Positions 29,887-39,948 of a stretch of 62,850 nt of DNA are shown in pieces; position 1 is the first letter of the stretch; the number at the start of each line of letters is the position of its first letter. The stretch is taken from positions 1 to 62,850 of the forward strand of contig USEX01000004.1 in NCBI GenBank assembly GCA_900553755.1, in the 5' to 3' direction. The position numbers and the translations under genes were made by a program. This stretch comes from an uncultured Clostridium sp. GTDB taxonomy: Bacteria; Bacillota; Clostridia; TANB77; CAG-508. A model generated the notes under the pieces. The model did not search any database. It was not told the origin of the DNA and was given only the letters and a program-made list of their open reading frames with translations.

Positions 29887-31014
29887 TTAAACAGTCTCCT
29901 CTTCAATTACTTTCACTATTTTATCAATAATTTTGTTGTTTGCATATACAAAATCATTATTTTTTTCCAATATTTTTTTCTTGTTCTCAATTATATATTT
30001 TATTCCTTGCTCAATTCCTTCTTCGTCATTATTTACAATTAAGCTATTTTTTGCATAGTCGAATAACACTTCTCTAGCAGATGTATTTGTTACTACCACA
30101 AACTTTTTTAATATTTTAGCTTCTTCTACCACCATTGGATATCCCTCAAAAAATGAAAATAAGCCAAAAGCATCAGCATCTTTTATATAAGGATATGGAT
30201 TTTCTTTTGCACCCATCAATGTAAATGTACTACCAACATTGTTTTCTTTTATTTTCTCTTCTAGCCTTACTTTTAGTGGTCCATCACCAATAATGTATAT
30301 ATGATGGTTATAACCTGCCTTTATTAATTTTGTATGCACGTCTATAAGTCTTTCTATCCCTTTTTGCTCAACCAATCTTGATACTTGAACTATATTAACT
30401 TCATCATTATTAAATAATTTTTCGTTCTCTTTTTGGGATAAGGCTATTATTCTCTCTGAATTAATATAATTTTTAATTACCTTTTCATGTGGTAAAAGCA
30501 TATCATCATAAACTTTATTAAACTTGTCCAAATTATCCACACTAACAAAAGCTAATACATCATATTTTTCATAAGCATTCCTATCTATAATTCTCTTTAT
30601 TTTAGACTTTATACTCTTTCCAAATACTTTTGATATATCATTATGTATCCAAGCAATTTTCTTTGTGCTGTGTTTTGATCTTACACTAAATATTCTTGTT
30701 ATCGCTCCTTCTAGGAACGCAATTTGCGCAATATAATTATCATCATCTATATAATTTTTATATATTTTTCTTTTATTAAATAAAACTGATAACGGAATTA
30801 ATATCTTCTCTTTTTTATTTAAATCTTTATATCTCTTATTATATAAAGATTTTAGATGTATTCTTTCATCTAGCTCTTTTTCTAACTCACCATTAGAATA
30901 TAAAATAAATATTGTAATATCAAATTTTTCTACTAGCTTGTTTGCTAAGTCTATTAAAACTCTCTCCGCTCCACCTAATGTTAAACTAGTTATTCCAAAT
31001 ATTATCTTTTTCAT
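29887..31014 (-). CDS. GT4 glycosyltransferase
   Basis: GITSLTLGGAERVLIDLAN...FGLFSFFEGYPMVVEEAKILKKFVVVTN. Confidence 0.8.
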   Translation of the reverse strand: MKKIIFGITSLTLGGAERVLIDLANKLVEKFDITIFILYSNGELEKELDERIHLKSLYNKRYKDLNKKEKILIPLSVLFNKRKIYKNYIDDDNYIAQIAFLEGAITRIFSVRSKHSTKKIAWIHNDISKVFGKSIKSKIKRIIDRNAYEKYDVLAFVSVDNLDKFNKVYDDMLLPHEKVIKNYINSERIIALSQKENEKLFNNDEVNIVQVSRLVEQKGIERLIDVHTKLIKAGYNHHIYIIGDGPLKVRLEEKIKENNVGSTFTLMGAKENPYPYIKDADAFGLFSFFEGYPMVVEEAKILKKFVVVTNTSAREVLFDYAKNSLIVNNDEEGIEQGIKYIIENKKKILEKNNDFVYANNKIIDKIVKVIEEETV

Positions 31015-32471
31015 TAATTTTCACCTTTCACTTTTATGCTCTCTAATATCACTATTGTTGCTATTATGGTTATTGTTGTTGCAGCTGACGAGTTAAAGAA
31101 TGTATAACCTGATAAAAATGATACCACTATTGCAAAGCATAGTGATAATATGCTCATTGCAAATTTTATATTTATCCTTTTTATATATTTTATTCCTATA
31201 TAAACTCCATAAACAGTAATTATAAAAAATGGAACAAAATACAATATAAAGCCATAAATACCAAAATTACATAAAAACGCTGGCACTTCCATTTCAAAAA
31301 TTAATTCATAAAAATGCGACATATATCCATTTCCAAACAATATTAATCCGATATCTTTTTGCTCCTTTACTAGTTCTGTATGGTAAACAAATTGTAAAGT
31401 TCTCATATTAGTATATGGGATTTTGTGTTCATTATTGTAATTATATAAATCTATTAATGCTCGTTGAGTTTCCTTAGACATGTAATCTTCATCTATTTCA
31501 TTGTTGTTTATCTCTTTTACTATATTTAATATATCACCTGTAACATGTGCACTTTCGCCTATTTGATCATCATATATCAAATCTTCTCTTTCATTTAAAA
31601 GTTTTCTTCTTGTAAGAGTTACACTTCCAAATAATGCAACTACAATAGACATAATCAAAAATATTCCAGCTGCAATTGTAACAATTTTCTTGCTAATTTT
31701 CTTATTGTGATATGTATTTATTAAAATAGAAACAACAGCATATATAAATATTACAAGCAAAAATCCAAATAATCCAACTCTAGTGCCTAATAATGTTGTT
31801 AAATATATTCCTGATAATATAAGGTCTATTAAAGCCCATATTCTTATTACTTTATTATTGTTTTTACCAATTAATGGTAATATATTAAAAAACATTAGTA
31901 GCATTATAGCACCCACACTATTGCCCGATTCAAACCATCCTTTATATCCCATCTTATCTTCTAAATATGTATGTGATGAAGTTCCACTCAAAATAGCAAT
32001 AAACACTAATACTATGTATATTGTAAAAGAAATCAACATAGACATTCTTAATTTTTCTATATTGTTTTTTCTGTTTATTTCATCTTTTTCTCTGAATACA
32101 AACACATATAAATAATTAAACAGATTTATTATCATAAATGTATAATTTACTAAATATTGTAATTCTCTAGTAATTCCGCCATATGAGGATTCTGTGATAA
32201 GCCCTTTAAATATGTACAAGTGTATAACTGCATATATTCCATATAGCATACCTGAAATTATTAATGGTATTTTTATTTTATCTTTAAAAAACAAATATAT
32301 TATAACTATAATTGGTATGATTGGTCTTAAAATTGTTGAAATTGATAAACTTGTATTAAAATAATTTCTAAATATAAAACTTGATGCATCTAATATTGGA
32401 CAAATTATCATAAAAAGACATAATAAATTTTTTACAGTAATTACTTTTTTTAGTCTATTATTTGATTCCAT
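31014..32471 (-). CDS. O-antigen ligase/polymerase-like (Wzy_C-type) polytopic membrane protein
   Basis: About 11-12 TM helices with a large loop (..RRKLLNEREDLIYDDQIGESAHVTGD..). It lies within the GT string. Confidence 0.55.
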   Translation of the reverse strand: MESNNRLKKVITVKNLLCLFMIICPILDASSFIFRNYFNTSLSISTILRPIIPIIVIIYLFFKDKIKIPLIISGMLYGIYAVIHLYIFKGLITESSYGGITRELQYLVNYTFMIINLFNYLYVFVFREKDEINRKNNIEKLRMSMLISFTIYIVLVFIAILSGTSSHTYLEDKMGYKGWFESGNSVGAIMLLMFFNILPLIGKNNNKVIRIWALIDLILSGIYLTTLLGTRVGLFGFLLVIFIYAVVSILINTYHNKKISKKIVTIAAGIFLIMSIVVALFGSVTLTRRKLLNEREDLIYDDQIGESAHVTGDILNIVKEINNNEIDEDYMSKETQRALIDLYNYNNEHKIPYTNMRTLQFVYHTELVKEQKDIGLILFGNGYMSHFYELIFEMEVPAFLCNFGIYGFILYFVPFFIITVYGVYIGIKYIKRINIKFAMSILSLCFAIVVSFLSGYTFFNSSAATTITIIATIVILESIKVKGEN

Positions 32472-32486
32472 ATTTTCTCCATTTCT

Positions 32487-33440
32487 TTACAAAAGTTGAA
32501 ACACTTTTATATATATTGGGTAAGTAAACTTATTAATAGATTTCATATACATATTTTTTACACTTCTATTATTAAGTATTTTATTTTCCTTCCAAAGTGG
32601 AAATTGTTGATATAGTTTTTCAAAGGTTTCTTTTATTAATTTTTTTCTAGTTTTGCTATCTTTTATTTTGCATATTCTTTTTAATGAACTGCATAATAAA
32701 ATTCTAGAATAGCTATATTCTAATTCTTCCTTATATTCTTCATAAAAGTTTTTTTCCTGATAGTATTTTATAATATTATCAAAAATCGTAAATACTTCAG
32801 CAGTTCTTTCATTTTGAACATTTGCTATAGAATTATTTCTTTGAACATAATGTACAAATTCTTTGTTTACATATGATGTTTTATTTAAATATGGAATAAG
32901 TTTATAAGTAAACTCAATATCCTCATATCTTAGTCCTTTTGGAAAAGAGATATTATTTTTTTCTAATATTTCTCTTTTTATTAATTTATTCCATGTTACA
33001 ACCCTAACATTTGTAAGCATTTCTTTTTTATTATTATATGAAATTCTTTTATCTTTTTTTGTTTTGCCAGGATACTCCCACAAAAAATCACATTCCACAT
33101 AATCGCTATTCTCTTGGAGTGCTTTATTATACATCTCTTCATACATAGTATTTTCAACATAATCATCTGAATCTAAAAAAGCAATATATTCTCCCTCTGC
33201 ATATCTCATTCCAAAATTTCTGGCATCGGATAATCCACCATTTTCTTTTTCTAAATAAATTATTTTATTAGGGTACTTGCTTGCATATTCTTTTGCAATA
33301 TTACCAGATTCATCTGTAGATCCATCATTTACAAATATTATTTGTATTTCTTGCAGCGTTTGATTCACAAGTGAATTCAGGCATTTTTTTATATATTTTT
33401 CCACATTGTATATTGGAACCACAACACTTACCTTGGGCAT
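32487..33440 (-). CDS. GT2 glycosyltransferase (paralog A)
   Basis: PKVSVVVPIYNVEKYIKKCLNSL..FVNDGSTDESG..NGGLSDARNFG..FLDSDDY. Confidence 0.85.
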   Translation of the reverse strand: MPKVSVVVPIYNVEKYIKKCLNSLVNQTLQEIQIIFVNDGSTDESGNIAKEYASKYPNKIIYLEKENGGLSDARNFGMRYAEGEYIAFLDSDDYVENTMYEEMYNKALQENSDYVECDFLWEYPGKTKKDKRISYNNKKEMLTNVRVVTWNKLIKREILEKNNISFPKGLRYEDIEFTYKLIPYLNKTSYVNKEFVHYVQRNNSIANVQNERTAEVFTIFDNIIKYYQEKNFYEEYKEELEYSYSRILLCSSLKRICKIKDSKTRKKLIKETFEKLYQQFPLWKENKILNNRSVKNMYMKSINKFTYPIYIKVFQLL

Positions 33441-33455
33441 GAGTTTCTCCTTTTT

Positions 33456-34400
33456 CTATCTTAATTTTAAATATAATTTTATATTACACGTTAAGATTAA
33501 TTTTTTTATAAATTGCTTTAAACTTCTAGCTTTTATGTTATTTACCATTTTTCTTTTTCGTATTTGCTTTATATATCTTCTCTGTTCTTCGTCATTTAGA
33601 TTATTTAACTCAAGTATTATACAATTCGTATAATAAATTTTAATGTTCTGTTTTGTTATTTTTGAGACATTATATTTTTTTATTTTTTCTAGCATGTAGT
33701 CGTAATGTTTCAGCAAATCTTCTGCTCTTCTATATCTTAATTCTTCATTACCTCTAGTTATGCTAGTTTTAGTTTGAACATAATTGTATCCAAACACATC
33801 TGTTGAAGCTACTTTACTAGCCTTTATCAATACTAGCGGAATCAAGCCAAAATCCTCGTGATAAAGTCCTTTCGCAAATTCAAAATTATTATTCACAAAA
33901 AATTCTCGTTTATATATATATCCCCATGCAACTTCAGTCATCACATCTGATTTATAAAGAATATCAAAAGCTTCTTCTCCTGATTTATTTTCAAAAATCG
34001 GACTATAATTCTTATTTATAACACTTCCATCTTCATTTATAACAGAAATTTTAAATTTCACCATATCATAATCTGCTTCCATATATGGTTCTAAATCTTT
34101 AAATAAATTTTCTGTTATATAATCATCTGAATCAACAAATGCTAGATATTTTCCACTTGAATGTTTAATTCCAAAATTTCTAGCATCAGATAGTCCACCA
34201 TTTTCTTTTTCAAAATATAATATTTTATCAGGGTATCTAGTTGCATATTCTTTTGCAATTTCACCCGAATTATCTGGACTTCCATCATTAACTAATATAA
34301 TTTCTAGGTCATTCTCTTCTTGTTTTAATATAGATTCCAAACATCTTGATAATTGCTTCTCTACATTATATATTGGAACTATAACACTAATTTTCACCAT
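33456..34400 (-). CDS. GT2 glycosyltransferase (paralog B)
   Basis: VKISVIVPIYNVEKQLSRCLESI..LVNDGSPDNSG..NGGLSDARNFG..FVDSDDY. Its layout is collinear with the neighbouring GT2. Confidence 0.85.
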   Translation of the reverse strand: MVKISVIVPIYNVEKQLSRCLESILKQEENDLEIILVNDGSPDNSGEIAKEYATRYPDKILYFEKENGGLSDARNFGIKHSSGKYLAFVDSDDYITENLFKDLEPYMEADYDMVKFKISVINEDGSVINKNYSPIFENKSGEEAFDILYKSDVMTEVAWGYIYKREFFVNNNFEFAKGLYHEDFGLIPLVLIKASKVASTDVFGYNYVQTKTSITRGNEELRYRRAEDLLKHYDYMLEKIKKYNVSKITKQNIKIYYTNCIILELNNLNDEEQRRYIKQIRKRKMVNNIKARSLKQFIKKLILTCNIKLYLKLR

Positions 34401-34403
34401 AAT

Positions 34404-35504
34404 TTAGCCTTTCAAATCTATCAAATCTTTTATCTTTTCTAATGCTTCGCAATTATACTTTTCTACATCAAATTTTCTTTCAATTTTGAATCCTTTTTCA
34501 ATAAATAATTGCATTGCATTTGCAATTGCATCTACGTCTTTTCCCACTACATAACCAAACTTTCCTTCTATTTGTTCACTACCAGCTACATCTGTTGTAA
34601 TTATAGATTTATTTAATATCATAGTTTCTGTAAATACAACTGGTGATCCCTCATATTCAGATGTTAATAACACACAATCAGATTTTTTAACATATGGAAA
34701 TGGATTCTTTTTTCTTCCCAAAAATATTATTTCTTCTTCCAAGTCCAATTCTTGAACTCGTCTTTTATAATTATTACTGTCTGCCCCATCACCTATGAAT
34801 ATTATCTTAAATTCTGTTCCTAATTCTTTTAGTTTCTCAGCAGCTTCTATTATTCTATATAATCTTTTTTGTGATTCTTCCTGTCTTCCATAATTTAAAA
34901 AGATTGTTTCATCATTTTTCTTTTCAAACAAATTCTCTTCTGGTATGCTCTCTTCTGCTTTTCTTTCTATCTCTTTATAATCTATTAAATTATTTATAAA
35001 CTCTACTTTATCTTCCATCTCTGGAAAGACTTCCAAAAATGTTTGTTTACTTTTTTCAGATACAAAAACTAATTTTGAAAACTCCTTATAATGTTTTTCC
35101 TCAAAAAATTGTTTTACTTTTTTCTTATCTCCACCATATTGTGATAAATAATCCATATGGCACCATAACACACTATTCTCCGAAGCAGTCCTTGCAACAA
35201 ATGACGCTGGATTTGAATATGTTGCATAGCTACATGCAAAATCAAATTTATTTTTATATTTATTTTTAAATTTCAATTGTTTTAGTAAATTAATGAACTT
35301 TCTAATCAAAACAATTTTATTATTGCTTGGTGAATATTCTATTATTTTAATTCTTGAATCTAATTCATCAAGAAAAATCCCCTGCTTTTTCTCTAATACA
35401 AGAGTAATTTCATACTTATTCACTAAACAATTTAATAAAGTTACTAATGCTGTCTCAATTCCACCAACATCAAGTGTTACAGCCGAAAAAAGTATTTTCT
35501 TCAT
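34404..35504 (-). CDS. GT4 glycosyltransferase
   Basis: FSAVTLDVGGIETALVTLLN...VLLTSEYEGSPVVFTETMILNKSIITTDV. Confidence 0.8.
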   Translation of the reverse strand: MKKILFSAVTLDVGGIETALVTLLNCLVNKYEITLVLEKKQGIFLDELDSRIKIIEYSPSNNKIVLIRKFINLLKQLKFKNKYKNKFDFACSYATYSNPASFVARTASENSVLWCHMDYLSQYGGDKKKVKQFFEEKHYKEFSKLVFVSEKSKQTFLEVFPEMEDKVEFINNLIDYKEIERKAEESIPEENLFEKKNDETIFLNYGRQEESQKRLYRIIEAAEKLKELGTEFKIIFIGDGADSNNYKRRVQELDLEEEIIFLGRKKNPFPYVKKSDCVLLTSEYEGSPVVFTETMILNKSIITTDVAGSEQIEGKFGYVVGKDVDAIANAMQLFIEKGFKIERKFDVEKYNCEALEKIKDLIDLKG

Positions 35505-35515
35505 ATTTTATTCCT

Positions 35516-36211
35516 CTATTTTACAATTTGAACATTATATCCTATAAATAATCCTGATTCTATTACACCTGTAATATTTTTTATATTTCTTTCTAAGTCT
35601 TCTTTTATTTCATTAAATCTTACATCTAATATCAAATTTCCATTTTCTGTAATAACTGGTCCATCTTTCTTTACTGCTTTTCTAAGCTCTATCTCGTTCG
35701 CTCCTAATTTAAATAATTCTTCTTTTACTAAATTAATCGCTTTTGGATTGCACTCAACTGGTATAGGAAACTTTTCTCCTAATCTATTAACAATCTTGCT
35801 ATCATCAACTAATATATAGTTTTTTGTAGATGCTGCTATATTTAACTTTTCATTAAACATGGCAGCTCCTCTTCCTTTTATAAGCCAATTATTGCTGTCA
35901 ACTTCATCAGCTCCATCAAAGCACCAATCTGGTCTTTTTTCTTCTAAAGTTGCAGTTGGTATATTTAAATATGTGCATAGCATTTTTATTTCATATGATG
36001 TAGGAATCGCAGTTATTTTTATTCCTTCATTTTGAATTCTATTTTCTATTTCTATAGCTGCCAAATAAGATGTAGAACCAGATCCAAATCCAATCACATC
36101 ACCATCATTGGCTATTTTAGCTATCTCTTTTGCAATCTTTTCCTTTTGCTCTCTATTAGATATCTCATTGTCCCACATTGGTTTTTGTAAAAATTCTTTA
36201 TTCCACTCCAT
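35516..36211 (-). CDS. rpiA: Ribose-5-phosphate isomerase A
   Basis: VIGFGSGSTS.., DGADEVD.., KGRGAAMFNEK and GVIESGLF motifs are present. Confidence 0.9.
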   Translation of the reverse strand: MEWNKEFLQKPMWDNEISNREQKEKIAKEIAKIANDGDVIGFGSGSTSYLAAIEIENRIQNEGIKITAIPTSYEIKMLCTYLNIPTATLEEKRPDWCFDGADEVDSNNWLIKGRGAAMFNEKLNIAASTKNYILVDDSKIVNRLGEKFPIPVECNPKAINLVKEELFKLGANEIELRKAVKKDGPVITENGNLILDVRFNEIKEDLERNIKNITGVIESGLFIGYNVQIVK

Positions 36212-36212
36212 T

Positions 36213-38168
36213 TTATATCTCCTTTTCTAACTCTTTTATCTTATCTCTTAATCTTGCTGCTTCCTCAAATTCCATCTTCTGAGCATGTTCAACCATTTCA
36301 TCTGTTAATTTTGCAATTATATCTTCAATGCTTGAATCTTTATTCAACTCATATTTTTCAGAAGCTTCTGCAACTATGCTGGCTTTTATTGTGTCTCTTA
36401 CAGATTTCTGTATTGTTTTTGGTGTTATGCCATGCTGCTTATTATATTGCATTTGGATTTCACGTCTTCTATTTGTTTCTGATATTGCTTTTTCCATACT
36501 ATCTGTTAGCTCATCAGCATACATAATTACTTTTCCATCTGTGTTTCTAGCTGCACGACCTATAGTTTGAATTAACGAACGTTCTGAACGTAAAAATCCT
36601 TCTTTATCTGCATCTAAGATTGCTACTAATGAAACCTCTGGTATATCCAAACCTTCTCTTAAAAGGTTAATTCCTACTAAAACATCAAACTCTCCTAAAC
36701 GCAAATCTCTTATTATTTCCATTCTTTCTAATGCTTTAATGTCTGAATGCATATATCTTACCTTTATATCTATTCCAGATAAATACGCTGTCAAATCCTC
36801 TGCCATTTTTTTAGTTAATGTTGTTACAAGAACTCTTTCTTTTTTCTCCACTCTTTGCCTAATTTGTTCTATTAAATCATCAATTTGGTTTTCAACAGGT
36901 TTAACCTCAATCTTCGGATCCAATAATCCTGTGGGACGTATAATTTGCTCAACCACATTCCCTTTACTATGTTTTTTTTCATAATCAGCTGGAGTCGCAC
37001 TTACAAATACAACCTGATTTATTCTTTCCTCAAATTCCTCAAATTTCAATGGTCTATTATCAAACGCTGATGGTAATCTAAATCCGTATTTCACTAAAGA
37101 TTCTTTACGTGCTCTATCCCCATTGTACATAGCTCGCACTTGTGGAATTGTAGCATGTGACTCGTCTATTAATAACAAGAAATCTTTTGGAAAATAATCA
37201 AATAATGTATATGGCGGAGACCCTGCTGGTCTGCCGCTTATGTGCCTAGAATAGTTTTCTATTCCTTGACAGAAGCCTGTCTCCCTTAACATTTCCATAT
37301 CAAAATTTGTTCTTTCTTCTATTCTTTGTGCCTCAATAAGTTTTCCTTGTGATTTAAAGTATTCTACTTGTTGCTTCATTTCTTCTTCTATTGTTGTAAT
37401 CGCTTTAGCTATTTTCTCTTTGCTAGTTACATATTGTGAAGCTGGTGGAATTAATATATGTTTTCTTAATCCTATTATCTTTCCTGTTAAAGGATTTATT
37501 TCATTTATCTTTTCTACTTCATCGCCCCAAAATTCTATTCTTACTGCAGATTCACTTTCTGAAGATGGATATATCTCAAGCACATCACCTTTTGCTCTAA
37601 AAGTTCCTCTTTTAAAGTCTATCTCATTCCTTGTATATTGCATGCTTATTAGTTTTTTCATTATATCTTCTCTTGATTTCTGCATTCTTGGTCGCAATGA
37701 TAGCATCATTTCTTGGTAGTCTACTGGATCTCCCAAACCATATATGCATGAAACTGACGCCACAATTATAACATCTCTTGTTTCAAATAAAGATAATGTT
37801 GCAGAGTGACGAAGCTTGTCTATTTCATCATTTATAGAAGCATCTTTTTCTATATACGTATCTGATGATGGTATATATGCTTCTGGTTGATAATAATCAT
37901 AATATGAAACAAAGTATTCCACATTGTTTTCTGGAAAAAATTCTTTAAACTCTGAATACAATTGACCTGCTAATGTTTTATTATGTGCTAATACCAAAGT
38001 TGGACGTTGTACCTTTTGTATTATATTGGCCATCGTAAAAGTTTTTCCAGAACCGGTTACTCCTAGAAGTGTTTGGAATTTTTTGCCTTCTTCTATTCCC
38101 TTTGATAAATATTCTATTGCCTGTGGCTGGTCACCAGTGGGCTTATAATCTGATACTAATTTGAACAT
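36213..38168 (-). CDS. uvrB: Excinuclease ABC subunit B
   Basis: [44 protein letters not shown] and the C-terminal UVR motif [14 protein letters not shown] are present. Confidence 0.97.
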   Translation of the reverse strand: MFKLVSDYKPTGDQPQAIEYLSKGIEEGKKFQTLLGVTGSGKTFTMANIIQKVQRPTLVLAHNKTLAGQLYSEFKEFFPENNVEYFVSYYDYYQPEAYIPSSDTYIEKDASINDEIDKLRHSATLSLFETRDVIIVASVSCIYGLGDPVDYQEMMLSLRPRMQKSREDIMKKLISMQYTRNEIDFKRGTFRAKGDVLEIYPSSESESAVRIEFWGDEVEKINEINPLTGKIIGLRKHILIPPASQYVTSKEKIAKAITTIEEEMKQQVEYFKSQGKLIEAQRIEERTNFDMEMLRETGFCQGIENYSRHISGRPAGSPPYTLFDYFPKDFLLLIDESHATIPQVRAMYNGDRARKESLVKYGFRLPSAFDNRPLKFEEFEERINQVVFVSATPADYEKKHSKGNVVEQIIRPTGLLDPKIEVKPVENQIDDLIEQIRQRVEKKERVLVTTLTKKMAEDLTAYLSGIDIKVRYMHSDIKALERMEIIRDLRLGEFDVLVGINLLREGLDIPEVSLVAILDADKEGFLRSERSLIQTIGRAARNTDGKVIMYADELTDSMEKAISETNRRREIQMQYNKQHGITPKTIQKSVRDTIKASIVAEASEKYELNKDSSIEDIIAKLTDEMVEHAQKMEFEEAARLRDKIKELEKEI

Positions 38169-38188
38169 TATAATTCACCTTTTATAAA

Positions 38189-38857
38189 TTAATCAATCAT
38201 TATAATTTTTTCAATTACTGGTTGATTTTCTTTTAATACAGTTCCATTTGAATCTTCTACTTTTGTATCTTCACATATTTTATCTACTATTTCAATTCCT
38301 TCTGTTACATGACCAAATGCAGCATAAGAGCCATCTAAATATGGTGCATCTTCATGCATTATAAAGAATTGTGAACTAGCACTATTATAGCTTTGAGCTC
38401 TAGCCATAGAAATTACTCCTCTAGTATGAGAAATTGTGTTTTTTACTCCATTAGCTAAAAATTCTCCTTTGATTTCTTTATCGCTTCCTCCTAAACCATT
38501 TCCTTCAGGATCTCCACCTTGAATCATGAATCCAGATATTATTCTATGAAAAGTTAATCCATCATAAAATCCATCATTTACTAAATTTGCAAAATTTTCC
38601 ACTGTAATTGGCGCCATATCTGCATCCAATTCTAACGAAACTGTTCCATAATTTTTTATTACTATTTGAGCATGATGTTTTCCACTTGAATACATACTTT
38701 TTTCCTCCTTATTTTCTTCTTTTTGCTCTGTTTGAGCACCTTCTTGAACATTTTGTTTCTCATTTGAGTTTCCACCCTTTTTTGTAATAAAATATACTGA
38801 AATTGCTAAAATAATTAATATTACTACTAAAACTGATATTATAATCTTTTTGTTCAT
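38189..38857 (-). CDS. Cyclophilin-type peptidyl-prolyl cis-trans isomerase with an N-terminal membrane anchor
   Basis: FHRIISGFMIQGGDP..GGSD...MARAQSYNSASSQFFI with an N-terminal TM helix. Confidence 0.9.
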   Translation of the reverse strand: MNKKIIISVLVVILIILAISVYFITKKGGNSNEKQNVQEGAQTEQKEENKEEKSMYSSGKHHAQIVIKNYGTVSLELDADMAPITVENFANLVNDGFYDGLTFHRIISGFMIQGGDPEGNGLGGSDKEIKGEFLANGVKNTISHTRGVISMARAQSYNSASSQFFIMHEDAPYLDGSYAAFGHVTEGIEIVDKICEDTKVEDSNGTVLKENQPVIEKIIMID

Positions 38858-38991
38858 AATTTTTCCTCCATCTATAATATTTTTAAAAAAAGCACTAGAC
38901 TTTTTATGTTATTTTGTGTATTATTATATCGTAATGTTTTTAATAAAGCAATTAATTTTATATATTTTTTAACAAGAGAGGATTGATTTTA

Positions 38992-39318
38992 ATGAATCAT
39001 AATTTGAAAAATTTACTAAATACTGTTATACTTACTTTTTTAATTTTTATAGGAGTATATAATACTGCTTTTGCTGTTTCTTCAGTTGATATGAATTTAG
39101 AAACTAACTCTCAAAATACTAGTGCAGAAAATTCAGTTACAGAAAATACTACTACAAATTCAACTTTATCGAACACTGCAGTTGGAACTGTTAGCAACTT
39201 ATCTCCACTTCCTGAATCAGATTTAGGTTTTGCTAATGTTTTAAATATTATACTAATAGCAGTTGGAGTTGTTTTAATATTATTAGGAATGGCCATATTA
39301 ATTAAATTAAAAAAATAA
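38992..39318 (+). CDS. Small secreted Ser/Thr/Asn-rich protein with a C-terminal hydrophobic anchor and basic tail
   Basis: It has a signal peptide, a low-complexity N/S/T region and the ending ..SPLPESDLGFANVLNIILIAVGVVLILLGMAILIKLKK. Confidence 0.55.
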   Translation: MNHNLKNLLNTVILTFLIFIGVYNTAFAVSSVDMNLETNSQNTSAENSVTENTTTNSTLSNTAVGTVSNLSPLPESDLGFANVLNIILIAVGVVLILLGMAILIKLKK

Positions 39319-39441
39319 AATTTATATATTTACAAAATAAGCCTTATTAAATTAAGGTTTATTTTTTTCTTCCATTTTTTTATTGTATATTTTATATTTT
39401 TATGTCTAATAATAATAATGATATTTTTTTAGGAGGTTCAC

Positions 39442-39861
39442 ATGAAAAAAGTATTTTTAACTTTTAGTACATTTTTCGCCTTAACCCTCTTGTTTTCTTT
39501 TTCAAAAGTACTTGCAACAAATGGTGATTTAAATACAGCTGGTCAGGCTGTAAAAAACGTTACACAAGGTGCTGCAAACGTTGTTGAAAATGTTGTTAAA
39601 GATGCTGGTACTGCAGTAGAACAAGGTGCTTCAACTATAAAAAATGCAACCGGAAATATGGTAAATACAGCTGAAGCAAGAACTACAAATAATGGCTACA
39701 CTGCAACAAGAACATCTACAGCTCAAGATACATTTATGGGAATGAATGCAACTGCTTGGACATGGTTAGTTATCGGCGTTTTAGGTGTATTAGTTATAGG
39801 TTTAATCTGGTATTATGGAAAAGATCATACTCCTATAACACAAGATTTAGACGAAAAATAA
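39442..39861 (+). CDS. Small secreted Ala/Thr/Asn-rich protein with a C-terminal TM helix
   Basis: An AGGAGG RBS, a signal peptide ending VLATNG, repetitive ..AVKNVTQGAANVVENVVKDAGTAVEQGAS.. and a C-terminal TM helix WTWLVIGVLGVLVIGLIWYY. Confidence 0.6.
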   Translation: MKKVFLTFSTFFALTLLFSFSKVLATNGDLNTAGQAVKNVTQGAANVVENVVKDAGTAVEQGASTIKNATGNMVNTAEARTTNNGYTATRTSTAQDTFMGMNATAWTWLVIGVLGVLVIGLIWYYGKDHTPITQDLDEK

Positions 39862-39872
39862 AAAATATTAGG

Positions 39873-39903
39873 CATTCCAGATTAATCTCTGGAATGTTTT
39901 TTT
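39873..39903 (+). terminator. Rho-independent terminator
   Basis: CATTCCAG..(loop)..CTGGAATG followed by T7. Confidence 0.75.
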
Positions 39904-39948
39904 AATTTTGGGTTACAATATAAATAAATTTTGATTGGAGGACTATTT

